DNA of 64,000 nt from Scyliorhinus canicula (lineage: Eukaryota), in NCBI RefSeq assembly GCF_902713615.1, contig NC_052172.1:248001-312000 (forward strand), given 5' to 3'. The stretch's first letter is position 1, and each line of letters opens with the position of its first letter. Below the pieces are notes generated by a model. It saw nothing but the letters and a program-made list of their open reading frames with translations. It made no database searches and had not been told where the DNA came from. The position numbers and the translations under genes are program-made. Below are positions 1 to 12,013 of the stretch, one piece after another.

Positions 1-550
1 GCTCCACATTATATGGATGTGAGGTTGGAGATGGGCAGTACCCAATGCCCCACATAGAGGTTGGACGCTGCCCGACTGGCCAACATGGCTTTCAGCGAGA
101 GGGTATCACAGGCCATAGCGGAGAATATGACAAACAACCAAAATGGGGAGGTCTCAGTCTCTGTGTCTGGGAGGAGCTAAAGGCCGTGATTGGAGGGGAA
201 ACTATTGCCTTTAAAGCACAAAGGGAGAGAGGAGAGAGTGGTTAGGCAGCAGTCGGCCCCAACCAATAGAGCTCTTGGCAGAGATGGAAAAGCAACAAAT
301 GGACTTTGACCTGCTCTCCACGAGTAAAGCAGTGCACCAACTCCACCAAGCATGGGGAACCCTATACAAAGACGGGGACAAAGCCAGCCGCCTGTTGGCA
401 CACCAGCAGAGAAGGCCAGCTGAGCAGCCAACAGAAAGATTGTGCAAATTTGGGACAACAGAGGCACACTAGAAACAGACCCAAACAAGGTTAACAAGAC
501 CTTTGAGGACTTTTACCGGTGACTGCACACCTCAAATCCCCCAACAGGGG
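1..550 (+). mobile_element. L1-clade LINE ORF2 remnant (continues at 5976-6120 after a CR1 insertion)
   Basis: Reverse-complement similarity to the L1 at 31690-32060/33890-34430 (PHYMDV..TWRLD and LHQAWGTLYKDGDKASRLLAHQ motifs). Sequence resumes at ~5976 (ggactcgtggatgaagc) where it broke off at 550. Confidence 0.8.
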
Positions 551-630
551 AACATAGAACATAGAAAAATACAGCACAGAACAGGCCCTTCAGCCCACGA
601 TGTTGTGCCGAACCTTTGTCCTAGATTAAT

Positions 631-983
631 CATAGATTATCATAGAATTTACAGTGCAGGAGGCCACTCGGCCCATCGAGTCTGCACCGGCTCTTGGGAA
701 GAGCACCCTACCCGAGGTCAACAACTCCACCCTATCCCCATAACCTAGTAAACCCACCCAACACTGACTGCAATTTTGGACACTAAGGGCAATTTATCAT
801 GGCCAATCCACCTAACCTGCGCATCTTTCGACTGTGGGAGAAAACCGGAACATCCGGAGGAAACCCACGCACACACGGGGTGGATGTGCAGACCCCGCAC
901 AGACAGTGACCCAAGGCGGAATCGAACCTGGGACCCTCTAGCTGTGACGCAATTGTGCTCACCACAATGCTACCGTGCTGCCC
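631..983 (-). mobile_element. HE1-type V-SINE inside LINE 3'UTR
   Basis: tRNA-like head gggcagcacggtagc...ggttcgattcc, V-core gtgggtttcctccgg, CR1-like tail. Confidence 0.9.
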
Positions 984-1588
984 TTAAGAACAAATTAATC
1001 TACACTCCATTATTCTACCATAATCCATGTACCTATCCAATAGCCGCTTGAAGGTCCCTAATGTTGCCGACTCACCTACTTCCACAGGCAGTGCATTCCA
1101 TGCCCCCACTACTCTCTGGGTAAAGAACCTAACTCTGACATCCCCCCTGTATCTTCCACCATTCACCTTAAATTTATGTACCCTTGTAATGGTTTGTTCC
1201 ACCCGGGGAAAAAGTCTCTGACTGTCTACTCTATCTATTCCCCGATCATCTTATAAACATCTATCAAGTCGTCCCTCATCCTTCTCCGTTCTAATGAGAA
1301 AAGGCCTAGCACCCTCAACCTTTCCTCATAAGACCTACTCTCCATTCCAGGCAGCATCCTGGTAAATCTCCTTTGCACCTTTTCCAAAGCTTCCACATCC
1401 TTCCTAAAATGAGGTGACCAGAACAGCACACAGTACTCCAAATGTGGCCTCACCAAGGTTTTGTACAGCTGCATCATCACCTCACAGCTCTTAAATTCAA
1501 TCCCTCTGCCAATGAATGCGAGCACACCATAGGCCTTCTTCACAGCTCTATCCACTTGAGTGGCAACTTTCAAAGATCTCTGAACATA

Positions 1589-1777
1589 GGGGCTGGTTTA
1601 GCTCACTGGGCTAAATCGTTGGCTTTGAAAGCACACCAAGCAGGCCAGCAGAACAGTTTGATTCCCGTACCAGCCGCCCCGGACAAGCGCCGGTATGTGG
1701 CGACTAGGGGCTTTTCACAGTAACTTCATTGAAGCCTACTCCTGACAATATGCGATTTTCATTTATCATTTCATTTC
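1589..1777 (+). mobile_element. tRNA-derived SINE with (cattt)n tail
   Basis: A/B-box-like head gggctggtttagctca...tttgattcccg. TSD aacatag/aacatgg. Absent from the paralogous LINE at ~47495. Confidence 0.85.
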
Positions 1778-4564
1778 AACATGGACCCCAAGATCTCTCT
1801 GCTCCACAGCATTGCCAAGATCCCTACCGTTAACCCGGTGTTCCGCATTCACATTTCTCCTTCCAAAATGGACAACCTCACACTTGTCAGGGTTAAACTC
1901 CATCTACCACTTCTCAGCCCAGCTCTGCATCCTATCTATGTCTCTTTGCAGTCGACAACAGCCCTCCTCACTATCCACAACTCCACCAATCTTCATATCA
2001 TCTGCAAATTTACTGACCCACCCTTCAACTCACTCATCCAAGTCATTAATGAAAATCACAAACAGCAGAGGACCCAGAACTGATCCCTGCAGTACACCAC
2101 TGGTAACTGGTCTCCAGGCTGAATATTTCCCATCCACTACCAATCTCTGACTTCTATTGGTTAGCCAGTTCATTATCCAACTGGCAACATTTTCCACTAT
2201 CCCATGCCTCCTTACTTTCCGCATAAGCCTACCATGGGAACCTTATCAAATGCCTTACTAAAATCCATGTACACTACATCCACTGCTTTACCTTCATCCA
2301 CATGCTTGGTCACCTCCTCAAAGAATTCAATAAGACTTGTAAGGCAAGACCTACCGCTCAGAAATCCGTGCTGACTATCCCTGATCAAGCAGTGTTTTTC
2401 CAGATGCTCAGAAATCCTATCCCTCTGTACCCTTTCCATTAATTTGCCGACCACCGAAGTAAGACTAACTGGCCTGTAATTCCCAGGGTTATCCCTATTC
2501 CCTTTTTTGAACAGAGGCACAACATTCGCCACTCTCCAATCCCCTGGTACCACCCCTGTTGACAGTGAGGACGAGAAGATCATTGCCAACGGCTCTGCAA
2601 TTTCATCTCTTGCTTCCCATAGAATCCTTGGATGTATCCCGTCAGGCCCAGGTGCCTTGTCTATCCTCAAGTTTTTCAAAATGCCCAACACATCTTCCTT
2701 CCTAACAAGTATCTCCTCAAGCTTTCCAGTCTGTTTCACACTGTCCTCTCCAACAATATGGCCCCTCTCGTTTGTAAATACTGAAGAAAAGTGCTCGTTC
2801 AAGACCTCTCCTATATCTTCAGACTCAATACACAATCTCCCGCTACTGTCTTTGATCGGACCGACCCTCGCTCTAGTCATTCTCATATTTCTCACATATG
2901 TGTAAAAGGCCTTGGGGTTTTCCTTGATCCTACCCACCAAAGATTTTTCATGCCCTCTCTTAGCTCTCCTAATCCCTTCCTTCAGTTCCCTCCTGGCTGT
3001 CTTGTATCCCTCCAGCGCCCTGTCTGAACCTTGTTTCCTCAGCCTTACACAAGTCTCTTTCTTCCTCTTAACAAGACATTCAAACTCTCGTGTCAAACAT
3101 GGTTCCCTCACTTGACCATTTCTTCCCTGCCTGACAGGGACATACATATCAAAGACACGTAGTCCCTGATCCTTGAACAAGTTCCACATTTCACGTGTCC
3201 TTCCCTGACAGCCTATGTTCCCAACTTATGCACTTCAATTCTTGTCTCACAGCATTGTATTTACCTATCCCCCAATTGTAAATCTTGTCCTGTTGCACGC
3301 ACCTATCAATTACTGAAGTGAATGTCACAGAATTGTGGGCACTACCTCCAAAATGCTCCCCTACTAACAAATCTATCACTTGCCCTGGTTCATTACCAAG
3401 TACCAAATCCAATATGGCCTCCCCTCTGGTCAGACAATCTACATACTGTGTTAGAAAAGCTTCCTCGACACAGTGCACAAACACTACCCCATCCAAACTA
3501 TTTGATCAAAAGAGTTTCCACTCAATGTTTGGGAAGTTGAAGTCACCCATGACTACTACCCTGTGACTTCTGCACCTTTCCAAAATATGTTCCTACACAT
3601 CTCTGCTGCTATTGGGGGCCTATAGAAAACTCCCAGCAAGGTGACTGCTCTTTTCCTATTTCTGACTTCAACCCATACTACCTCAGATCCTACTCGAACT
3701 GCATTTCTGCAGCTGTTATACTATCTCTAATTAACAATGCCATCCCCCCCCCCCCCACCTCTTTTACCACCCTCCCTAATCTTGTTGAAACATCTATAAC
3801 CAGGGACCTCCAACAACCATTTCTGCCCCTTTTCTATCCACGTTTCCGTGATGGCCACCACATCCTAGTCACAAGTACCGATCCATGACTTAATTTCACC
3901 CACCTTATTCCTGATGCTTCTTGCGTTGAAGTATACACACTTCAACCCATCTCCGTTCCTGCAAGTACTCTCCTTTGTCAGTGTTACCTTCCCCACTGCG
4001 TCACTACACACTTTGGTGAGCTGAATATCGGCTTCCTTAGTTGCTGGATTACAAATCCGTTTCCCATTTCCCTGCCAAATTAGTTTAAACCCTCCCGAAG
4101 AGTACTAGCAAACCACCCCCCCAGGATATTGGTGCCCCTCTGGTTCAGATGCAACCCCTCCTGCTTGTACAGGTCCCACCTTCCCCAGAATGCTCTCCAA
4201 TTATCCAAATACCTGAAGCCCTCCCTCCTACACCATTCCTGCAGCCAGGTGTGCAACTGCACTCTCTCCCTATTCCTAGCCTCGCTATCACGTGGCACCG
4301 GCAACAAACCAGTGATGACAATTCTGTTTGTCCTGGCTATTAACTTCCAGCCTAACTCCCTAAACGTGTTTATTACCTCCACACCCTTTTCCTACCTACG
4401 TCGTTTGTACCAATGTGCACCATGACTTCTGGCTGCTCACCCTCCCCCTTCAGGATCCTGAAGACACGATCCGAGACATCCCTGGCCCTGGCACCCGGGA
4501 GGCAACATACCTTCCGGGAGTCTCGCTCGCGACCACAGAATCTCCTATCTATTCCCTTAACAAT

Positions 4565-4905
4565 TTAGAATTTAGAACAGTACAGCACAGAACAGGCCCT
4601 TCGGCCCTCGATGTTGTGCCGAGCATTGATCACCCGACTCAAGCCCACATATCCACCCAATACCAGTAACCCAACAACCCCCATTAACCTTATTTTTTCG
4701 AACAGTAAGGGCAATTTAGCCTGGCCAATCCACCTAATCCGCACATCATTGGACTGTGGGAGGAAACCGGATCACCCGGAGGAAACCCACGCACACACGG
4801 GGAGGACGTGCAGACTCCGCACAGACAGTGACACAGCCGGGAATCGAACCTGGGACCCTGGAGCTGTGAAGCATTTATGCTAACCACTATGCTACCGTGC
4901 TGCCC
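4565..4905 (-). mobile_element. HE1-type V-SINE inserted in LINE ORF1
   Basis: Full head, V-core and tail; site is empty in the paralogous LINE at ~50695. Confidence 0.9.
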
Positions 4906-5512
4906 GTAATTGAATCCCCTATTACTATTGCTTTTCTATTCCCCCCCCTTCCCTTCTGAGCCCCAGAGTCAGACTCAGTGCCAGAGACCTGGCCGCTAGG
5001 GCCTTTCCCCAGTAGATCATCCCCCCAACAGCATCCAAAATAGTATACTTGTTTTGAATGAGAACGGCCACGAGGGATCCCTGCACTGTCTGCCCGTTTG
5101 TTTTCCTTCCCCTGACTGTAACCCAGCTACTCTTGTCCTGCACCTTGGGTGCAGTTACCTCCCTGTGACTCCCTATTACCCCCTCTGCCTCCTGGATGAT
5201 CAGACGTTCATCCAGCTCCAGCTCTAGTTCTCTAACACGGTCTCCGAGGAGCTGGAGTTGGGTGCACTTCCCGCAGGTATAGTCAGAGGGGACACCGGTG
5301 GTATCCCTCACCACCCACATCCTACAGGAGGAGTATGCAACTGCCGTAGCCTCCATCCCCTCTTACCTTACAGAATATAGCTGCCCTGTGACCCAACTGG
5401 ACCTCCACCCTCTGACTCTGCTCCCAGTCAGCTGCACTCTGTGAACTCCTGGCTCCCTTCTCGCTCTTTGCAGAAATGAAATGAAAGGAGCACCGTACTC
5501 CCTCCTCACCTA

Positions 5513-5975
5513 ACTCCCTCAGTCACCAAACTCTCACTATAGCACTCAAATGCACCATGTTCAGCACTCCCTCTGTCACCAAACTCTCACTATAGCACTC
5601 AAATGCACCATGTTCAGCACTCCCTCAGTCACCAAACTTTCACTGCAGCTCTCAAATGCACCACGTTTACACTCAGTGCAAACAAAGTCAGCACTGTAGC
5701 TGGATCCTTTTTATACTGTGAATCTAGCCTCTGAAAACTGGCCTTATCCAATTAACTAATTAACAAGCTCCAGCTGCAAGTACCTACAAGTTGAACCTTG
5801 TTTAAAGCTGATTGAAAATTCACCTTCTTCTAAACCAAACAGCAACTTTTAAGTTAATTAACTAACTAAAAGAAAGACGAGACTTGAGATAAAAATGAAC
5901 ACTTATACTCCCTCAGTCACCAAACTCTCACTATAGCACTCAAACGCACCAAAATTCAACACTCAGTGCAAACTC
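5513..5975 (-). promoter_or_regulatory. LINE 5'UTR with 53-bp repeats and ~290-bp monomer containing TATA and CCAAT
   Basis: tccctcagtcaccaaactctcactatagcactcaaa repeated at 5514, ~5568, 5621 and 5908. TATAAAAAG on minus strand at 5715-5707. CCAAT at ~5748. Confidence 0.65.
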
Positions 5976-6119
5976 GGGGGACTCGTGGATGAAGCTATTC
6001 CTCGATGGACTGGACTTGCCAGTTCTGGGGTAGGACAGGAAACGGGGCCGGGGAGCACTGCTAGAACTGAGAGAGAATCTGGAGAGTATAAGCTCCATGC
6101 AGGCCGAAAACAAAGTCCA

Positions 6120-6650
6120 GGGGAGTACATAAAGCAGGGGGACCTGTGAAGCATGGGGGTGTATGAAGCATGGCAGGGCATAGAGCAGGGTGATGTGTAA
6201 ACCAGGGGAGTGTATCAAGCAGAGGAGTGTATAAAGCAGGGGGTGTATTAAGCAGCAGGATGTATAAAGTAAGGGGGATGTATGAAGCAGGAGGATTTGT
6301 AAAGCAGGAAGATGTATGAAGTATGGGAGTTTATACAGCAGGGGGATGTGTAAACCAGGGGACTGCATTAAGCAGGGGGGTGTATCACGCAGGGGAGTGC
6401 ATCACGCAGGGGAGTGCATCACGCAGGGGAGTATGCAAAACGGGAGTGTAGAAAGCAGGGGAGTGCGTATAATGCAGGGGAGTGTGTGAAGCAGGGGAAT
6501 GTGCAAACCAGGCGAATGTGCAAACTAGGGGAATGTGTAAATTAGGGGAGTTATCTGAACCAGGGGAGTGTATGGAACCAGGGAAAGATGCACAACAAGA
6601 GCGTGTGTAAATTGGGGAGTGTGTACATCAGTTGAGAGTTCAAAGCAGGC
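6120..6650. repeat. Degenerate 17-bp minisatellite (gcaggggagtgtgtaaa family)
   Basis: Recurrent agcagggg(a)gtgt(a)t/g units. Confidence 0.8.
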
Positions 6651-7220
6651 GAGTGTGTAACCAAGTCAGCATGCAAACCAGGCGAGTGTGAAACCAAGTC
6701 AGCATGCAAACCAGGGCAGTGTGAAACCAAGTCAGCATGCAAACCAGGGCAGTGTGAAACCAAGTCAGCATGCAAACCAGGGGAGTGTGAAACCAAGTCA
6801 GCATGCAAACCAGGGCAGTGTGAAACCAAGTCAGCATGCAAACCAGGGGAGTGTGAAACCAAGTCAGCATGCAAACCAGGGGAGTGTGAAACCAAGTCAG
6901 CATGCAAACCAGGGCAGTGTGAAACCAAGTCAGCATGCAAACAAGGGGAGTGTGAACCAAGTCAGCATGCAAACCAGGGGAGTGTGTGAAACCAAGTCAG
7001 CATGCAAACCAGGGCAGTGTGAAAACCAAGTCAGCATGCAAACCAGGGCAGTGTGTAACCAAGTCAGCATGCAAACCAGGCAGTGTGAAACCAAGTCAGC
7101 AGTCAAACCAGGCAGTGGAACAAGTCAGCATGCAAACCAGGGCAGTGTGAAACCAAGTCAGCATGCAAACCAAGGGAGTGTGAAACCAAGTCAGCATGCA
7201 AACCAGGGGAGTGTGAAAAA
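6651..7220. repeat. 33-bp tandem repeat gtgtgaaaccaagtcagcatgcaaaccagggca (~17 copies)
   Basis: Direct reading; gives the 11-aa KPSQHANQGSV periodicity in the ORF track. Confidence 0.95.
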
Positions 7221-7254
7221 ACAGTTTGTAACAGGGCATTGTGTATATCAGGGG

Positions 7255-7420
7255 AGAGGTTCACAGCGCCACGGTCCAAGATTCGTTTCCCACTTGGTCG
7301 CTGCCTCTGCAGAGTCTGCACATTTTCCCCGTGTCTCCATGGGTTTCCTCCTCATGCTCCAGTTTCCTTCCAGAAGTCCCGAAAGACATGCTTGTTATGT
7401 GAATTGGACATTCCCCCAAT
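7255..7420 (+). mobile_element. Degenerate V-SINE fragment
   Basis: B-box-like aagattcgtttccc and V-core tgggtttcctcc. Confidence 0.6.
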
Positions 7421-7695
7421 ATTTCATTTTGGACTTGTCTCAGTACAAATTTAGGATTAATTATGTATTTTTCAATCAGCTGTACTATCTGACTTTTTAC
7501 ATGTGCACTTTTTACAGGTTCACAACTTGTGAGATTAAAGTGCTTCTGATACATTTTAATCCAACAAAGTTTCAAAAAAGTGCAAATGGGTACTTCCACA
7601 TTGATTGCTCAATCTATAGCCTAATTAATACTTTCCTGATTAATTTACAGATGAAAAGCTGTTATCAAAACAAGTTGATTCGACGTTCCATGATA

Positions 7696-7924
7696 GGGCA
7701 GCAAGGTCGCACAAGTGGATAGCACTGTGGCTTCACAGTGCCAGGGTCCCAGGTTGGATTACCCACTGGGACACTCTGTGTGGAGTCTGCACGTTCTCCC
7801 CGTGTTTGCGTGGGTTTCCTCCGGGTGCTCCGCTTTTCTCCCACAGTCTAAAGACATGAAGGTTAGGTGGTTTGGCCATGATGAATTGCCCTTAGTGAGC
7901 AAAAAAGGTTAGGTGGGGTTATTG
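7696..7924 (+). mobile_element. HE1-type V-SINE truncated by the gap
   Basis: gggcagca head, V-core, ggttaggtgg..ggccatg. Confidence 0.85.
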
Positions 7925-8424
7925 NNNNNNNNNNNNNNNNNNNNNNNNNNNNNNNNNNNNNNNNNNNNNNNNNNNNNNNNNNNNNNNNNNNNNNNNNNNN
8001 NNNNNNNNNNNNNNNNNNNNNNNNNNNNNNNNNNNNNNNNNNNNNNNNNNNNNNNNNNNNNNNNNNNNNNNNNNNNNNNNNNNNNNNNNNNNNNNNNNNN
8101 NNNNNNNNNNNNNNNNNNNNNNNNNNNNNNNNNNNNNNNNNNNNNNNNNNNNNNNNNNNNNNNNNNNNNNNNNNNNNNNNNNNNNNNNNNNNNNNNNNNN
8201 NNNNNNNNNNNNNNNNNNNNNNNNNNNNNNNNNNNNNNNNNNNNNNNNNNNNNNNNNNNNNNNNNNNNNNNNNNNNNNNNNNNNNNNNNNNNNNNNNNNN
8301 NNNNNNNNNNNNNNNNNNNNNNNNNNNNNNNNNNNNNNNNNNNNNNNNNNNNNNNNNNNNNNNNNNNNNNNNNNNNNNNNNNNNNNNNNNNNNNNNNNNN
8401 NNNNNNNNNNNNNNNNNNNNNNNN
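7925..8424. other. Assembly gap (500 N)
   Basis: Run of n. Confidence 1.
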
Positions 8425-8810
8425 CCCCCCCCCCCCCCCCCCCCATTTCACTCCCCCCCCCCCCATTTCACTCCCCCCCCCCCATTTCACTCCCCCCCCC
8501 CATTTCACTCCCCCCCCCCCATTTCACTCCCCCCCCCCATTTCACTCCCCCCCCCCCGGTTCACTCCCTCTTCCGGTTTACTCACTTCCCAGTGTGTCAG
8601 GCTACTTTAGTTCCATACAATCCCAGGTTTAATACATTCCGCTCATTTTACAGGTTTTACACACTAATATGTAATTAAATTATCTTTGATTATGCATCTT
8701 CCACTGATTTTACACAATTCTCTGGTTAACACACTCCCCTCATTTATTATTGTCCCTGGTTTACACTCCCCACTAGTTTACACGTTCTCCTGGTTTACAC
8801 GTTCCCTCTT
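8425..8810. repeat. C-rich minisatellite (catttcactcccc..)n grading into the 17-bp family
   Basis: Direct reading. Confidence 0.8.
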
Positions 8811-9616
8811 TGAGTCCATCTTTATTTTTTAAATTTGCTGTTCGGATCAGAATGGTTAGAATCTGTGGGTCACTGTGAAAATCTCCACTCTCAGAGGGGG
8901 TGGGACTATTCTTTAACTGGGTGTCCCTGCTTGTTGAGTTTGGGGTTTAGTGTTACCGGCAGTGCAGGAGGATCACATCAAACAGGAAAATCTCCACTGT
9001 TGGAGAGGAGATCATTTGTATTTCCACATTCAAGTAAAACGTGTCATCAATGAGTTTAGATTTAAAAATATGACTTGCTGCTGCCGGGTATTTAGGGAAA
9101 CAGAAGAAAGGGAGCAGAAAACTCAGTTGATCAGGAAGTGAGGTGAAAATCTACAATTAAGGCACCGATTTGGCAAGAGGGAGAATTCTGCCCTGGGAAA
9201 TGTAATTTCCAAACCTTGTGTGTGGATGTGAATTCAGTATTGTGGAAAAGAGAGTGAAAGGGGCGGGTCACACAGGAGAAACCAACTGTGTTTGTGTGTC
9301 CGCTCTGATCAGCAGATCTCCCAATCCCTCTGGGACAAAATGGAAATATTGTTCATTCAATCAATCCCCCTGATCCCCTCCTACTTTCCCAAGTTGGATT
9401 TCAGTGCAGTTTCGATGCTGCTTTCCAGATTTCTGCGGAAAGGTTGGGAAAATGAGAGCGATCGGGTGAGAGAGCGCGAACAGTGCATCAGTAAAACGGG
9501 TTTAAATCCGAAATGGAGCATTCAAATCGCGTGAAACCTTTCCTACAGCAAACATTAGAGTGTGAGAGACAGGAAGGATTTATCCTGGGACTCTGTGGAG
9601 ATGGAATTTGAGTGGA

Positions 9617-9715
9617 ATTGGAGAGTTTGGGACCAGAGAAAAACACAGAGGCAGCAGCAGCAGCCTGGAGCTGAGAGCAGGTTGTCTCCGCCCCGTCCGC
9701 TCGCTGCCTTTAAGT
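9617..9715 (+). promoter_or_regulatory. Histone H1 promoter (H1 box, GC box, TATA-like)
   Basis: AAACACA at ~9641, CCGCCC at ~9688, TTTAAG at ~9709. Confidence 0.7.
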
Positions 9716-9792
9716 TGCTCAGTGCCGCCACCAGAGGCTTCATTTCTCAGCCACTTCACATTGAGGGAGAGATTTTGTGCCGAGTCCCGGAC

Positions 9793-10467
9793 ATGAGCGA
9801 AAGTGCAGCCGCCGAAACGGCTCCTCCAGCCGCCGCCCCAGTCAAGGCTGTCAAGAAGCAGAAGAAGGCGGTTCTCCGGAAGAAACCAGAAGGTCCCGGG
9901 CTGGGCGAGCTGATCCACAAGATTGTGGCGGATAGCGGCGATCGCAAGGGGGTTTCCTTACAGGCCATAAAGAAGCAGCTGTGGAGCAAAGGGGTCGATG
10001 TGGATAAACGGGGGTACCAGATCAAGCAAAGTGTCAAGAGGAGTGTGGACAACGGCAGCTTGGCTCAGGTCAAGGGCACGGGCGCCTCCGGCTCCTTCAA
10101 GATCGTGAAGAAGACAACCGGGGGGAAAGTGATAAAGACCGGAGCAGGCAAGAAACCTTTAGTGAAGAAAGCAGCAGCCAAGAAATCTCCCAAGAAAGCA
10201 GCACCCAAGAAACCCGCAGCCAAGAAAGCAGCAGCCAAGAAAACTCCCAAGAAACCCGCAGCCAAGAAATCTCCCAAGAAAGCAGCAGCCAAGATATCTC
10301 CCAAGAAAGCAGCAGCCAAGAACGCGGCAGCTCCCAAAAAGAGGGCGAAGAAAGCAGCCCCGGAGAAAAGTTCTGTGAAAAAGATCAAGGGCGGAATAAA
10401 GCAGACCAAATCGAGGGTCAAGCCCAAAGTGAAATCAGTAAAGGCTAAGAAACCAGCAAAGAAGTGA
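9793..10467 (+). CDS. H1: Linker histone H1 (224 aa)
   Basis: MSESAAAETAPPAA start, globular domain ..RKGVSLQAIKK..QVKGTGASGSFK, Lys/Ala/Pro tail with S/TPKK motifs, intronless, followed by stem-loop. Confidence 0.97.
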   Translation: MSESAAAETAPPAAAPVKAVKKQKKAVLRKKPEGPGLGELIHKIVADSGDRKGVSLQAIKKQLWSKGVDVDKRGYQIKQSVKRSVDNGSLAQVKGTGASGSFKIVKKTTGGKVIKTGAGKKPLVKKAAAKKSPKKAAPKKPAAKKAAAKKTPKKPAAKKSPKKAAAKISPKKAAAKNAAAPKKRAKKAAPEKSSVKKIKGGIKQTKSRVKPKVKSVKAKKPAKK

Positions 10468-10503
10468 AAGAACGCGAGCAAATTGTAAACCTCTGAACCC
10501 AAA

Positions 10504-10545
10504 GGCTCTTCTCAGAGCCACCCACATCTCTCCGGAAAGAGCTGA
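10504..10545 (+). terminator. Histone 3' stem-loop + U7 downstream element (H1)
   Basis: GGCTCT-TCTC-AGAGCC then ACCCA; gaaagagctg ~15 nt downstream. Confidence 0.93.
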
Positions 10546-11134
10546 TCCCCCGACCAATGAATCCCTGTCCCGGTGCTGGGAGCAGATTTCAGATAGAAAT
10601 GTCAATCCAGTATTGCCGCTCACTCGCTGACATGCTCTGCACCGGGCTTCTCCCCCCACTCTGCACTAAAACACAGGGAAGTTGCTGCTTCTTCCTAACC
10701 GGGGAACAGTCACAGTTTGTATTAGTTTCATTATTCACAGGTTCATGGGAAGAGTCTGTAAAATACTTCAGATGGCGGAGAAATCCCGCCTCACAACTCA
10801 AAACACTTTATATCAGCTGGAAGGGATGTTAGTAAAATTCCCAATCTGTCTGGGAGAGGAGTTGTGTGGGGATGGAATCGGAGCTGGGGTTGGAATGAGA
10901 GCAGATAGGTCGGCTGGTTCTAGAAAGGAGTGGACTGAGGCCGGAATATTACTGACATGCCTGGATTTAATAGATCCGCGTTTCTAACTAGCTGCTATAT
11001 GATGTTGCAGTTTGTACGTGTTCAGCGCGCTCTTTTCACTTCTGTTTGGAATATAAAATGTGGGTTGGAGCAGGCAGGAGGCGGAGCTGGATGATCAAAG
11101 ACATTTCACTGCTCTGTCTGTCACTCAGTCTGCT

Positions 11135-11185
11135 CCCCGCCTCTCTCTCTTTCTCAGTCAGGTCGGTGCGGGCTGTATAATAAAG
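11135..11185 (+). promoter_or_regulatory. Histone H4 promoter (GC box, site II-like, TATA)
   Basis: ccccgcc, tcaggtcggt, tataataa upstream of the ATG. Confidence 0.6.
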
Positions 11186-11229
11186 GATAGTGCAGCAGCT
11201 CTTCTCTCATTCAGCAGCGATTTGATTGA

Positions 11230-11550
<321 letters not shown>

Positions 11551-11584
11551 GAAACTCCATTTGACAACTTTAACAACACCCAAA

Positions 11585-11625
11585 TGCTCTTTTAAGAGCC
11601 GCCCAAACCCTCACATTGAGAGCAC
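11585..11625 (+). terminator. Histone stem-loop (variant) + HDE (H4)
   Basis: TGCTCT-TTTA-AGAGCC (first G replaced by T), then gccca; gagagc downstream. Confidence 0.85.
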
Positions 11626-12013
11626 TGACCTGAAATGGCAGCAGAATAACCCATGGCGCTGGTTTAGCGAATCAGAGCTTTGATAGCTCGATTTCCTATC
11701 ATTCATTTATTTTCTCGTTAGAAGGCGATATAGATGCGCTGTACAGTCTGAAACAACCTTTCTCAAGTCAAGCCTGTAACCTCACATAGTGAACACGGAC
11801 ATTGTAATGAGAGCGGGAATTCTGTGCCTGCTCGGTTTTGTTCATCTCATCTCGGGTCACTCCAATCCGAGACAAAATGGGAGCAGGAATCATTGAGATG
11901 TTTTTGATATTCACAACTCGAGATTGATTTTTTTCGGTTTTCTCAAATATCCGTTCCTTGTCCCTGTGAAATTGGCGGGCTGTTTGAAATTGATAATTTT
12001 TCAGTTGCAGGTC

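Larger units (their letters stand above)
551..5975 (-). mobile_element. CR1-clade (HER1-like) LINE, near full length, decayed
   Basis: (ttctatg)n tail at ~551-565; RT/APE fragments 1235-3950 ([23 protein letters not shown]); ORF1 zinc finger + SGNH esterase pieces 4080-5356; 5'UTR repeats to 5975. Confidence 0.95.

Noticed and set aside
6551-7722. Long repetitive ORFs (KPSQHANQGSV)n
   Set aside because: By-product of a 33-bp tandem repeat lacking stops; no gene context.
7909-8632. ORFs spanning X runs
   Set aside because: Assembly gap artefact.
9562-9792. N-terminal extensions of H1 (likewise H3 from 12130 and H2A from 14093)
   Set aside because: They begin at non-ATG codons in promoter or 5'UTR sequence; canonical ATG starts lie downstream.
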